Source: a virus
IMG/VR virus record: IMGVR_UViG_3300042731_009106
Span: 1-64,000 of that record
Length of the DNA stretch: 64,000 nucleotides
Direction: 5' to 3' (one strand)
A program made the position numbers and the translations under genes. The notes under the pieces are model-generated. The model was not told the DNA's origin. It was given only the letters and a program-made list of their open reading frames with translations, and did not search any database. Below, piece by piece: positions 29,293 to 39,056 of this stretch; position 1 is the stretch's first letter, and each line of letters opens with the position of its first letter.

Positions 29293-30091
29293 AGATAGAA
29301 AACTTTTTGCGGGACCTTTCTTAGGCGAGTTTGGTTGGGAATTATTTTGCTGGCAAGGTTATATTAGATATCTATCCAAAGAGTATGATCACACTACAGT
29401 TGTATGTAGGTCTGGTCATCATGCTTTATATAGAGACTTTGCAGACAATATCCTAGAGTACGACCCTCCAGAATATAGTCCTAACTGCCAATACAATAAG
29501 GGCGACAACGGAAACTTACCATTACCACCTAACTCTTCCTATGACCATATTCCAACGAATAGCACTCATGCACCAAGCTATCAAGCTAGCAATGGAACTT
29601 TTGATCGCAGGTATCCACAAATTTTTTACCAATATCAAAACATAAATCAAAACCTTACCTCTTTTGATGTTATCATTCATGCTAGATCTAGAATTAATTC
29701 TGGTGGCATTCAAACCGAAAATAGAAATCTTAGTGAAGAAAATTGGAATACAATAATTTCCCACTTAAAAGACTCAGGGTTCAGTGTCGCTAGTATTGGT
29801 CATCCTTCCGCATCTTTACATATCGAAAACACAGAAGATTTAAGAGGCATAAATTTGGATGATTTAGTTTCTTATTTTTGTACATGTAAATTTGTCATGG
29901 GCCCATCTTCAGGACCAATGCATTTAGCCGCACTATGTTCATCAGATTTAATTGTTTGGAGCGGAGACCCTCGCAACAAATATAGATATGAAAAAGCGTG
30001 GAATCCTTTTAAAAATAAAGTATCATATATTAACGGTTGGTCTAATGTAAATTTAAATAAAATTAAAGACTCAATTAATGAATATAAATAA
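29285..30091 (+). CDS. GT9-like glycosyltransferase
   Basis: GEFG; DLRGINLDDL; GPSSGPMHLAALC. Confidence 0.7.
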   Translation: MAKDRKLFAGPFLGEFGWELFCWQGYIRYLSKEYDHTTVVCRSGHHALYRDFADNILEYDPPEYSPNCQYNKGDNGNLPLPPNSSYDHIPTNSTHAPSYQASNGTFDRRYPQIFYQYQNINQNLTSFDVIIHARSRINSGGIQTENRNLSEENWNTIISHLKDSGFSVASIGHPSASLHIENTEDLRGINLDDLVSYFCTCKFVMGPSSGPMHLAALCSSDLIVWSGDPRNKYRYEKAWNPFKNKVSYINGWSNVNLNKIKDSINEYK

Positions 30092-30821
30092 AGCTCCTAA
30101 AATTTTGGTTATCATGCCAATATATAATCGAGAAGAGTTCTTGGTTAATGCTATCGAAAGTGTTTTAAATCAAACCTATAATAATATACATTTAGTTATG
30201 GTTGACGATGCGTCAACTGATAATTCTGTTGATATTGCTAAAAAATATACACACCTAAATAATGTAACACTATTGCAAAATAAAAAGAATCAAGGTTGTT
30301 ACTATACCAGAAATCATGCTTTATATAAATTTAAAGATGATGATTGGGAATACTTTACCATACATGATTCAGACGATACTTCTTTACCTGAACGTATTGA
30401 AGTTATGATGAAATCTTTTAGGAATATAAATTTATTAGGCTTGAAGAGTAGATTTATTAGGGTCAATAGAAATTACGAACAAGAATATCTAGAAGGAACC
30501 AAAATACCAAACATATACGACTGTGAAGGCCAAGCTATTTTTTCTCGTCAAGTTTTTGAAATTTTAGGTTTTTTTGATAAAACAAATTTCTCTGGAGATA
30601 CCGACTATTGGTGGAGACTCCAAGCTTTTTGTGAAAAAAACCCACCTTATATTTGTGCTGCTCACCCAAAGGCTATGTACTATGCAATTAATCACGAAAA
30701 TAATTTAACTAAAATTTATGATTTTAATACTGTTAGGCCAGCATACTTTCAGAAATCTCGCATGGAGATAGAAACAAGAATGAAACCGGAAAACAAATTT
30801 AGAAGAGAATTTAGTTTATAA
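30078..30821 (+). CDS. GT2-family glycosyltransferase
   Basis: VIMPIYN; SVLNQTY; VDDASTDNS; HDSDD. Confidence 0.9.
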   Translation: MNINKAPKILVIMPIYNREEFLVNAIESVLNQTYNNIHLVMVDDASTDNSVDIAKKYTHLNNVTLLQNKKNQGCYYTRNHALYKFKDDDWEYFTIHDSDDTSLPERIEVMMKSFRNINLLGLKSRFIRVNRNYEQEYLEGTKIPNIYDCEGQAIFSRQVFEILGFFDKTNFSGDTDYWWRLQAFCEKNPPYICAAHPKAMYYAINHENNLTKIYDFNTVRPAYFQKSRMEIETRMKPENKFRREFSL

Positions 30822-31559
30822 CTTGAACTTATTATTCAAATGTGGAACTTTATCAAAGTCTACCTTGCCCGCAAGGTGAATAAAATAGTTATCATCAACA
30901 AAGTCCTCAAATTCTATATTTAAATTGCTTAGTTTATATATGCCCCAAACTGCATTAAACTTATTATCTAGATACTCAACCTTGTCGTTGTTCTGCAATT
31001 CGTATCCTATAGCCGATTGCTCAAAGTGAAAATGCCTTGGGTGCCCAATTGACCTAACTGAATGCTTGAAGTGAATTGACTTCATAAACTTTCCGCTCAT
31101 TTGAGGGTTAGCAATAATAACACCAGTATTTATCATTTTATCTGTCTCTAAAGAAAATCCTGCTAATGCATAGTAATCTTTAGCTGAAGTTTCCCATCCC
31201 ATCTTTCTCTGGACCTCTATTCTCTCTATGGGGTCTGGTTGAGAATATTCATCAACAACCATAATCTTAGCATCATTGTTTATACTTAAATGTATAGGGG
31301 GAGAGTTAGGGTTAATAAAAATGTCTGCATCAACGAATATGACATTATCATATTCCATTGCCCACTCCTGACTAAAGACTAACGCTTTATCAAATGATAT
31401 ACTGTCTGGATGATTGATTATACCTTTGGGTCTCTTATCTACTAACTTAAAATCATATCCGTGCTTTTTTGCGTAATAGAGTTGACTTTTATAGAAAAGT
31501 TCTGTATACTCTTTAACATATTTATCACCCAAAGCTAAACTTACTAATAAATTTTTCAC
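30816..31559 (-). CDS. GT-A glycosyltransferase (GT8/GT34-like)
   Basis: YAKKHGY; FVDADI; INTGV; EQS; FIHLAG. Confidence 0.8.
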   Translation of the reverse strand: MKNLLVSLALGDKYVKEYTELFYKSQLYYAKKHGYDFKLVDKRPKGIINHPDSISFDKALVFSQEWAMEYDNVIFVDADIFINPNSPPIHLSINNDAKIMVVDEYSQPDPIERIEVQRKMGWETSAKDYYALAGFSLETDKMINTGVIIANPQMSGKFMKSIHFKHSVRSIGHPRHFHFEQSAIGYELQNNDKVEYLDNKFNAVWGIYKLSNLNIEFEDFVDDNYFIHLAGKVDFDKVPHLNNKFKL

Positions 31560-31610
31560 AATAGATTATATCCCAATAAAACATTAAATCTAATTGTTAA
31601 TAAGTAAAGC

Positions 31611-31639
31611 TTGCAAATACACATTTTTTATTGTAAAAT
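31611..31639 (+). promoter_or_regulatory. sigma70-like promoter upstream of nrdA
   Basis: TTGCAA-17 nt-TAAAAT. Confidence 0.55.
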
Positions 31640-31688
31640 CAAAAAAATTGATTATATTCAACAAATTTTTAATACCCCAAAATAGATA

Positions 31689-31694
31689 GTGTAA
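31689..31694 (+). promoter_or_regulatory. GTGTAW motif
   Basis: GTGTAA; 10 nt between GTGTA and the nrdA ATG. Confidence 0.65.
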
Positions 31695-31703
31695 ATCAGA
31701 CCC

Positions 31704-34133
31704 ATGGATATAAAAGTTAAGAAAAGAAACGGAAGATTAGAAGACTTTAATGTAGAGAAAATTAATGCCAGTGCCACAAGAGCTTGTGAGGGTATTGAAG
31801 ATGTTTCTCCCAGTGAAATCGTGCTGGATGCACAACTTCAACTATTTGATAAAATTACCACAAGAGAGATAGATCAAGCTCTCATTTTATCAGCTAGAGA
31901 AAAAATAGAGAAAGAGCCAAATTATTCTTATGCCGCTGGACAACTCTTACTTAATACTTTATACAAAGAGGTATTTAAAGAAGGCGTTGACTCAGATGCA
32001 TTCAAATTGCAATACAGAAAAAACTTTATTCAAAATATCAAAAAGTTAGTTAAACTAAATAGATTAGATGAAAGATTGTTAGATTTTGATTTAGCTAAGC
32101 TATCAGAAGCTATTAAAATTAGCAGAGATAAAAACCTCAAATATCTTGGTGCTCAAATTTTATACGATAGATATTTCATTAGACAAGATGATAAAATCAT
32201 GGAAGCTCCTCAATCGTTTTACATGAGGGTAGCCATGGGCTTAGCTTTAAATGAAGAAAACAAAAACGAAAAAGCAATTGAATTTTACAATTTAATTAGC
32301 CAACAACTTTACACACCATCTACTCCTACCCTTTTCAATAGCGGCACTACTCATTCTCAACTCAGCTCATGCTACCTTAATACTTTTGATGATAGTATTG
32401 ATGGTATTTTTGACGGTGCTTGGCAAGAAGCTAGAAAATCTAAGTATGCTGGTGGATTAGGATTTGATGTCACTCCATTCAGGTCTACAGGTTCTCACAT
32501 CGAAGGAACTAATGGCATCTCCGGTGGATTGATTCCTTGGCTTAAAATATATAATGACTTATTGATCGCAGTCAATCAAGGTGGTAAGCGTCCCGGAGCT
32601 GGCTGTGCATATCTTGAGCCTTGGCATTTAGATTTTGAAGACTTCTTAAACTTGCGCAGAAATACTGGTGATGACAGATTACGTTGTCACGACATGAATA
32701 CTGCATCTTGGATCCCAGATGAATTCATGCGTAGAGTAAAAAATGAAGATACTTGGTATTTCTTTGATCCTAATGATGCCGATCTTCATGATTGCTTTGG
32801 TGAAGAATTTGATAAAAAGTACAATGAATTGTGCCATAAAGCAGAAGAAGGCTTAGTTAAAAATTATAGAACTATTCCAGCAAAAGAGTTGTGGAAAAAA
32901 ATGCTTAAAGTATTATTTGAAACTTCTCATCCTTGGTGTACATTCAAAGATCCTTGCAACATTCGATACACCAATCAACATGAAGGAGTTGTTCATAGTA
33001 GTAATCTTTGTACTGAAATTACATTACATACAAAAGCGTCTGAATACTCTTCAGGAAAAAAAACTAAAACTGGAGAGACTGCTGTTTGTAATTTAGGTTC
33101 TGTCAATTTATTAAATCATTTAAATAAAGACAATACTATTGACTATGACAAGTTAAAGTCGACAATACATCTCGCTATTAGAATGCTAGATAATGTTATA
33201 GATATCAATTTTTATCCAACAGAAGAAGCTAGCAACTCCAATTTAAGGAATCGCCCAATTGGCTTAGGCATGATGGCGCTACACGACATATGCCACAGAA
33301 TGAACATCAATATTGATAGTGATGAAGCTGTAAAATTAAATGATGATTTATTTGAATTTTATTCTTATCATGCAATTTTAGCTAGCAGTCAACTTGCTAA
33401 AGAAAAAGGTAAATATGAAACGTATAAGGGTTCCTTGTGGAGCCAAAACATTTTACCAATTGATTCTTATAATGTTTTATCTGAATATAAAAAATCTACT
33501 TTCTTAGGGCACGGAGAAAGCCCAAAGAATGATTGGAAATCCTTAAGGTCTCATGTCTCAGAACATGGAATGCGTAATAGTAATGTAATGGCGATTGCTC
33601 CAACTGCAACCATTGGCTACATTAATGGAGTAGAGCAAAGCATTGAGCCAAACTTCTCTGTTTTATTTGTATACGAAAATAAAAGTGGTAACTTCTATAT
33701 TACAAATCCACATTTCGTTAAAGACATGAAAGATAGAGGATTATGGACTAGTGAATTTGCTTCTCTAGTTAAAAGTTGTGACGGAGATTTATCTTTATTA
33801 AATGGAGACATTCCAGAAGATTTAAAAGATAAGTATAAAACTGCTTTCGATAGAGATATGCTTAAACTTATTGAATGTAATGCCGTTAGACAAAAATGGA
33901 TCGATCAAGCTGTAAGTTTTAATCTTTACAACAAAACAACTTCTTTAAAATATTTAAATGATATTTATATAGCTAGCTGGGAAGCTGGTTTAAAAACTAC
34001 GTATTATTTAAGAAACAGAGCTGCATCTAAGGTAGAAAAATCTACAAGTAGTGAAACTCAAAAAAGTCCAGAAGCCACTGCTTGCAGTATTGAAGCTATG
34101 AAAAACGGAGGCACTTGCGAATCTTGTCAATAA
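31704..34133 (+). CDS. nrdA: Class I ribonucleotide reductase alpha subunit with ATP cone
   Basis: VKKRNG ATP cone; TPTLFNSG; LSSCYL; SSNLCTEI; VCNLGS; TTYYLR; C-terminal CESC. Confidence 0.97.
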   Translation: MDIKVKKRNGRLEDFNVEKINASATRACEGIEDVSPSEIVLDAQLQLFDKITTREIDQALILSAREKIEKEPNYSYAAGQLLLNTLYKEVFKEGVDSDAFKLQYRKNFIQNIKKLVKLNRLDERLLDFDLAKLSEAIKISRDKNLKYLGAQILYDRYFIRQDDKIMEAPQSFYMRVAMGLALNEENKNEKAIEFYNLISQQLYTPSTPTLFNSGTTHSQLSSCYLNTFDDSIDGIFDGAWQEARKSKYAGGLGFDVTPFRSTGSHIEGTNGISGGLIPWLKIYNDLLIAVNQGGKRPGAGCAYLEPWHLDFEDFLNLRRNTGDDRLRCHDMNTASWIPDEFMRRVKNEDTWYFFDPNDADLHDCFGEEFDKKYNELCHKAEEGLVKNYRTIPAKELWKKMLKVLFETSHPWCTFKDPCNIRYTNQHEGVVHSSNLCTEITLHTKASEYSSGKKTKTGETAVCNLGSVNLLNHLNKDNTIDYDKLKSTIHLAIRMLDNVIDINFYPTEEASNSNLRNRPIGLGMMALHDICHRMNINIDSDEAVKLNDDLFEFYSYHAILASSQLAKEKGKYETYKGSLWSQNILPIDSYNVLSEYKKSTFLGHGESPKNDWKSLRSHVSEHGMRNSNVMAIAPTATIGYINGVEQSIEPNFSVLFVYENKSGNFYITNPHFVKDMKDRGLWTSEFASLVKSCDGDLSLLNGDIPEDLKDKYKTAFDRDMLKLIECNAVRQKWIDQAVSFNLYNKTTSLKYLNDIYIASWEAGLKTTYYLRNRAASKVEKSTSSETQKSPEATACSIEAMKNGGTCESCQ

Positions 34134-34134
34134 A

Positions 34135-34140
34135 GTGTAA
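34135..34140 (+). promoter_or_regulatory. GTGTAW motif
   Basis: GTGTAA; 9 nt between GTGTA and ATG 34149. Confidence 0.65.
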
Positions 34141-34148
34141 ACCTTTAT

Positions 34149-34559
34149 ATGACAGAAGCCGCCGGGATAGGTTTAATTTATAAAGATTTAGTTTTACTAG
34201 CTAAAAGAGTATATACTTGGGAAGGTAAACCAATTAAATATGCAGGGTACTGGTCAATCTTTTGCGGTACAAAAGAAGAGGGAGAAAGTTTTTTCTCTGC
34301 TGCTATGAGAGAATTGTATGAAGAAACTAAAATAAAAATTAAACTAGAAGACTTAAATTATGTTCAACCTATTATAGAAGAAGACTTAAGATTAGAGCTT
34401 TATTTCTCTAGGTTAAACGAGCAATTAATGCCAGACTTAAATCCAGAAGAGCATACTGAATTTGGATGGTTTAAAATAGATGAGCTTGACCATTTTCCGT
34501 ATGACATTTGTCCACATATTGTAGATAGAATAAAAAAATTCTTGAAAACTGAATATTAG
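34149..34559 (+). CDS. Nudix hydrolase
   Basis: Nudix box GTKEEGESFFSAAMRELYEET; EHTEFGWF. Confidence 0.9.
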   Translation: MTEAAGIGLIYKDLVLLAKRVYTWEGKPIKYAGYWSIFCGTKEEGESFFSAAMRELYEETKIKIKLEDLNYVQPIIEEDLRLELYFSRLNEQLMPDLNPEEHTEFGWFKIDELDHFPYDICPHIVDRIKKFLKTEY

Positions 34560-34583
34560 TGTAACATTATATGAGTTATATCT

Positions 34584-35498
34584 ATGAAAATATCGAGAAA
34601 TCTTCCCTCAAATTATACACTTACTAACTTAATTAACCACTTAGAATCTTCTGACTCTAAAGCTGTTGATCAAGAGCTAAGAGATCAATTTGATGTAATG
34701 CTTGGATCTACTACTACAGTCAGTTCTGGCACATATCAAATAGAAGGAATTTCTACTGACAGAGTTTTATTTAAATTTGGTGGAAATTATTGCTGGTTAG
34801 CTAAGTCTGGAAGAGGAACTTCTTTTGAATTTTCTGACTCAGGTGGAACAACTATTAGTTCTGGTAGTGAAACTGGATACGATACAAGTAGCTTTGATGA
34901 TTTCACTTTTTACGGAACTGGCGATAATTCAGCCAATACTACCCATATCACTTTATCTTCATCTCAGACTGCTAATACATGGCTAACAACCTCCAATGTT
35001 GGCAAATTTTCAAAAGGTTATTCTGAAATTTCTACAGTAACCAAAGAAGAAAGCAGCAGGGGTGGTAGTGATGGTCCTGAATATAAATTAAACTTAGATG
35101 GTGGGACTCATTTTTATATTGATTATGATTTCCCTGAAAGTTATACAGATTATAATAAAATTTATATTACTTTAGAAAATAATTTAAATTTAATTGATGA
35201 AACTGCCGATAACTTTTTATCTGTCTTTCTATACATAACCTCAAGTACTGCAACTACCTCTCAATCAACCCAACCAATCAATCTCCCTGACATAAAGTTA
35301 GAAACCTCTTATAGTGAAAATTCTTCAGTTAGCGAAACTATAGATGTAGCTTCTTTTGAAAACTTCTCACTTAGTAATCCTAAATATAGTTTATTATTAG
35401 GTAGCTCTACATATTTAATACCCTTAAAAATCAATATAGTAAGACTTCCTTTTGGTAGTACTTCTTCGTTTAAAGTATATACAACCCTTGCAAGCTAA
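34584..35498 (+). CDS. Ser/Thr-rich putative fibre/virion protein, paralog of the N-part of 35498..37246
   Basis: Shared L..HL......VDQE.RD...GTY start and a similar ending (IPLKINIVRLPFG vs YPVNIKLVRSPVG). Confidence 0.6.
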   Translation: MKISRNLPSNYTLTNLINHLESSDSKAVDQELRDQFDVMLGSTTTVSSGTYQIEGISTDRVLFKFGGNYCWLAKSGRGTSFEFSDSGGTTISSGSETGYDTSSFDDFTFYGTGDNSANTTHITLSSSQTANTWLTTSNVGKFSKGYSEISTVTKEESSRGGSDGPEYKLNLDGGTHFYIDYDFPESYTDYNKIYITLENNLNLIDETADNFLSVFLYITSSTATTSQSTQPINLPDIKLETSYSENSSVSETIDVASFENFSLSNPKYSLLLGSSTYLIPLKINIVRLPFGSTSSFKVYTTLAS

Positions 35499-37246
35499 TG
35501 TCTGGAAGTATTTCAGATTCCTTAGAAAACAATGATCTAAGTTCACTTACAGATCATTTAGGTAAAAAAGGTTCACAAATGGTTGATCAAGAATACAGAG
35601 ATATTCTTGAAAATTTATTTCAAAAAAGCAAAAGCGTTCCAGCTGGAACCTATACATTACATGGATTAACTATTGCGGGTGGCGAATATAGTGACGAAGC
35701 CAGAATAGTATTCAAATACCCCAATAACAACAGAAAGGGTGTATACCACGATCATCTTTTATCCAAACGCGGTACAGATTTTGTATTTCTAAATGACGAC
35801 AATGAGGTCGTTAATCCCGGAAGTGAAATTAACGAATCTACTGGCTCTACATATGGGGCTGGAGAATTTGCTCAAGTTTATTTTAATGGACCACAATACA
35901 ATCCTACATCTAATGTTAAAAAAATCAGGTTTTTTAAAAAAACTGAAGTTTCAACTTGGATGAGTACTTCTGAAATTGAATCTTCTTTTGATGATCCATC
36001 TGATTCCATCCCAGTAACTCAATCAGCGACTACTAAAACTTCTGATAATGTATATTCTGGTTCTGATACTAGATACTGGTATGATTTAGATTTAACTCAA
36101 GGCAATGTTTTTACAATTAATTACAATCCTTCTAGCAGTGATTGTTTACTGAATTTATCTCTCAAAAATGCCAATACCTTTTATGAATTTGTAGAGCCGA
36201 ATGTTACTGGAGATGGCAATATGTCTTGGGGCTTCTTGGATGCTACTTCGGGAAATAGGTCTCTCAGCAGTGGGCCTTATTTTTCGCATAACATAAAGTT
36301 ATTTATCAAAAAAACAGGAAGCACTACATGCTCTTCTTCTGCTACTATTAGTAGATTAAATTTAGATTTCGGCTCTTCCGTGGTTGAAATAAAATTAGAG
36401 AGACCATTACTTTTAAAATTTGACTCTAGCTCTAGCTTGAGCGACATTTATCCCGTTAATATAAAATTAGTTAGATCTCCTGTTGGTTGGTTTTGTTCTT
36501 TATTGCATGATTTCAACGGAAGTGTTAGTCCAGTTAAAGATGAGATGGTTATTAAAACTAAAAATGGAAACAAAATGAGTTTTCAATTGAGTTTTAAAAG
36601 TGAAGTTAAAATTGATTGGGGGGATGGAACCTCAAGCACTTTTACTAACGACACTGAAAATAATCAAAAAACAGAAGTTGTAACAAAGACTTATGCTAGT
36701 TCAGCAGTAAGAACTATAACTATCGCTGGAGACGTTAAAACACTTTTTTTCTACTTACTTCCAAACGGCTCCTACTTATCCGATAATTCAGGAAGTTTAT
36801 TTTTAGATGAATTAAAAATTTCAGGACTCCCTGAGCTAAGTTTAAGTTACATTGTTGCAGCAACTTCAATTTCAAAGTTAGATTTAAGTGAATTTACCGG
36901 AAGGCCTAATACATTAAGTAATATGTGTAAAGAGTGCGCTTCTTTAACTGAAGTGACAGGTTTAGAAAGATTAAATGTTTCAAAAGTCAGTGATATAGAT
37001 TTTATTTTTCGTGGTTGTTATAAATTAGCAAATCTTTCTGGCATAGAAAACTGGAATTTAATGAACTTAGCATTTGCTGATTATGCCTTTTATTATTTCG
37101 GAACACAATTAAGTTCTAGCGACCCTGCATATTCCTTAGATTTATCAAACTGGAGCGTTCCAAACGTCACTAGCGCCCCAAATGGTTTTGCTACTAATGG
37201 AATTTTAGAGGGAGAAACTAGCAGATTACCTAGTTGGGGTTCTTAG
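35498..37246 (+). CDS. Putative fibre/adhesin with PKD-like and BspA/DUF285-type LRR domains
   Basis: IDWGDGT...KTYASSAVRTITIAG; LSNMCKECASL..LERLNVSKVSDIDFIFRGC..L..IENWN; DLSNWSVPNV. Confidence 0.7.
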   Translation: MSGSISDSLENNDLSSLTDHLGKKGSQMVDQEYRDILENLFQKSKSVPAGTYTLHGLTIAGGEYSDEARIVFKYPNNNRKGVYHDHLLSKRGTDFVFLNDDNEVVNPGSEINESTGSTYGAGEFAQVYFNGPQYNPTSNVKKIRFFKKTEVSTWMSTSEIESSFDDPSDSIPVTQSATTKTSDNVYSGSDTRYWYDLDLTQGNVFTINYNPSSSDCLLNLSLKNANTFYEFVEPNVTGDGNMSWGFLDATSGNRSLSSGPYFSHNIKLFIKKTGSTTCSSSATISRLNLDFGSSVVEIKLERPLLLKFDSSSSLSDIYPVNIKLVRSPVGWFCSLLHDFNGSVSPVKDEMVIKTKNGNKMSFQLSFKSEVKIDWGDGTSSTFTNDTENNQKTEVVTKTYASSAVRTITIAGDVKTLFFYLLPNGSYLSDNSGSLFLDELKISGLPELSLSYIVAATSISKLDLSEFTGRPNTLSNMCKECASLTEVTGLERLNVSKVSDIDFIFRGCYKLANLSGIENWNLMNLAFADYAFYYFGTQLSSSDPAYSLDLSNWSVPNVTSAPNGFATNGILEGETSRLPSWGS

Positions 37247-37251
37247 TTTTA

Positions 37252-37257
37252 GTGTAT
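37252..37257 (+). promoter_or_regulatory. GTGTAW motif
   Basis: GTGTAT; 12 nt between GTGTA and ATG 37269. Confidence 0.6.
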
Positions 37258-37268
37258 ATATAAATGTT

Positions 37269-37982
37269 ATGGATATTGAATTAGATTTTTCAGAAGAAAT
37301 TAGAGCTAAAGTCATGGCTGAAGTAGGATTCGAGGAAGAGATCTCCGAAGAGTCTTGGGCAGCCGAAAAACAAAAAGGTAAATCCTTAAATAAACCCTTT
37401 AGAACTCCGGGTGGACCTAAAAAGTTTTCTGTTTACGTTAAAAACGAAAAAGGAAATGTTGTTAAGGTAAACTTTGGAGATCCAAATATGGAAATCAAAA
37501 GAGATGATCCATCCCGTAGAAAATCTTTTAGAGCTCGACACAATTGCGATAACCCCGGACCTAAGACCAAAGCAAAGTATTGGTCTTGTAAAATGTGGAG
37601 CAAAAAAAGTGTCACCAAAGTAACTAAAGGCGAAGAAGGTGCCGAAGAAGAAATGACTGAATTTCTTGATGAATCTGAATCTGCCTTAACAGAACAACAA
37701 AAAAAACTTCCACCCGCCATCCAACAAGCTATATTAAAAAAGAAAGGCGGAAAAGATTCCAAAGACTCTAAAGACTCTAAAGATAAAAAAGAATCTAAAG
37801 AAGACAAAGAAAAAGGTAAAGAAGAATCTGATGCTAAAAAAGGTCTCTGGGAAAATATTAGAGACAAAAAGAAACGCGAAGGTAAGAATTATCGCCCAGC
37901 TAAACCCGGTGATAAAGACTACCCAGATCCTAAAGCTTTAAAAAAAGCTCAAGAATCTAGTAAAAAAAAGAAAAAACAGTAG
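37269..37982 (+). CDS. Highly charged phage protein with a conserved KPFRT-GGPKKF-YWSC domain (recalled as DUF6321-like)
   Basis: LNKPFRTPGGPKKFSVYVKN...FGDPNM...RRKSFRARHNC...YWSC; second motif GLWENIRDKKKR; K/E-rich spacers. Confidence 0.7.
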   Translation: MDIELDFSEEIRAKVMAEVGFEEEISEESWAAEKQKGKSLNKPFRTPGGPKKFSVYVKNEKGNVVKVNFGDPNMEIKRDDPSRRKSFRARHNCDNPGPKTKAKYWSCKMWSKKSVTKVTKGEEGAEEEMTEFLDESESALTEQQKKLPPAIQQAILKKKGGKDSKDSKDSKDKKESKEDKEKGKEESDAKKGLWENIRDKKKREGKNYRPAKPGDKDYPDPKALKKAQESSKKKKKQ

Positions 37983-37998
37983 TATAATTAATTATACT

Positions 37999-38004
37999 GT
38001 GTAT
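37999..38004 (+). promoter_or_regulatory. GTGTAW motif
   Basis: GTGTAT; 9 nt between GTGTA and the gmd ATG. Confidence 0.65.
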
Positions 38005-38012
38005 AATACTAC

Positions 38013-39056
38013 ATGGTAAAAAAAGTAATTATTACCGGAGTTACCGGTCAAGACGGTAGCCACATGGTCGATTTCTTATTGAGAGAAACTGACTATGCAA
38101 TTTTTGGCGGAGTAAGACGCCTTAGTGTTAAAAATCACACTAATATAAAACATAATTTATCTAATGATCGTTTTGAGTTAGTGCCTATTGATTTATCAGA
38201 TCCTTATTCAATTAGAAATGCTATTGAAGAAATAAAACCTGATTATTTTATAAATTTTGCAGCACAATCTTTCGTGACTGCTAGTTGGAAATATCCTATA
38301 CAAACATGGAACTGTGACTCTACTGCAATTATTCATATTCTAGAATCTATACGTTTAATTGTGCCTCACTGTAAATTTTATAATGCTGGATCATCTGAAG
38401 AGTTTGGGGACATTGTATATAGCCCTCAAAACGAAAGCCACCCATTAAACCCTCAATCACCATACGGTGCAGCTAAAGCTGGTGCTAGGCAAATAGTTAG
38501 AGTCTACAGAGAGTCCTTTAATTTATATGCCGTTCAAGGTTGGTTGTTTAACCACGAAGGAACTCGTAGAGGTAAAGAATTTGTTACTCGTAAAATTTCT
38601 TCAAGTGTCGCTAAAATAAAAATTGCACTAGAAAAAGGCGAAAAACCAGAGACTTTAATGCTAGGAAACTTAAATGCAGAAAGAGACTGGACTGATGCAG
38701 AAGATTTTATGTCAGGTGTTTGGCTTATGCTACACCAAGATTCTCCTAAAAATTATGTCCTAGCTAGTGGAAAAACTTATACTATTAGATTTTTTCTAGA
38801 AGAGTGCTTTAAAGTTGCTGGAATTAATTTCACAAGAAGAGGTAAAGGAATCTCTGAAGCCTACTACGACAATAAAGGCAATATATTAGTAGCGATTAAC
38901 CCTGAATTCTTTAGACCAGCCGAAGTAAAGCATTTACTAGGAGATCCAACTAAAGCGGAAGAAGAGTTGGGTTGGACTAGAAAGTGTGATATTTATGGGT
39001 TAGTTGCAAAAATGTATCACAACGACTACGCTCTAGAAAGTGAAAAAAAAGCTTAA
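38013..39056 (+). CDS. gmd: GDP-mannose 4,6-dehydratase
   Basis: ITGVTGQDGSH; NFAAQSFV; GSSEEFG; PQSPYGAAK; FNHEG..RG.EFVTRKI; GNL.A.RDW; FFRPAEV..LLGDP.KA. Confidence 0.95.
   Translation: MVKKVIITGVTGQDGSHMVDFLLRETDYAIFGGVRRLSVKNHTNIKHNLSNDRFELVPIDLSDPYSIRNAIEEIKPDYFINFAAQSFVTASWKYPIQTWNCDSTAIIHILESIRLIVPHCKFYNAGSSEEFGDIVYSPQNESHPLNPQSPYGAAKAGARQIVRVYRESFNLYAVQGWLFNHEGTRRGKEFVTRKISSSVAKIKIALEKGEKPETLMLGNLNAERDWTDAEDFMSGVWLMLHQDSPKNYVLASGKTYTIRFFLEECFKVAGINFTRRGKGISEAYYDNKGNILVAINPEFFRPAEVKHLLGDPTKAEEELGWTRKCDIYGLVAKMYHNDYALESEKKA

Noticed and set aside
34571-34627. 18-aa ORF MSYIYENIEKSSLKLYTY 7 nt after GTGTA
   Set aside because: Too short to support; the N-terminus from 34584 aligns with its paralog, so no frameshift is needed. 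It could be a uORF but there is no evidence
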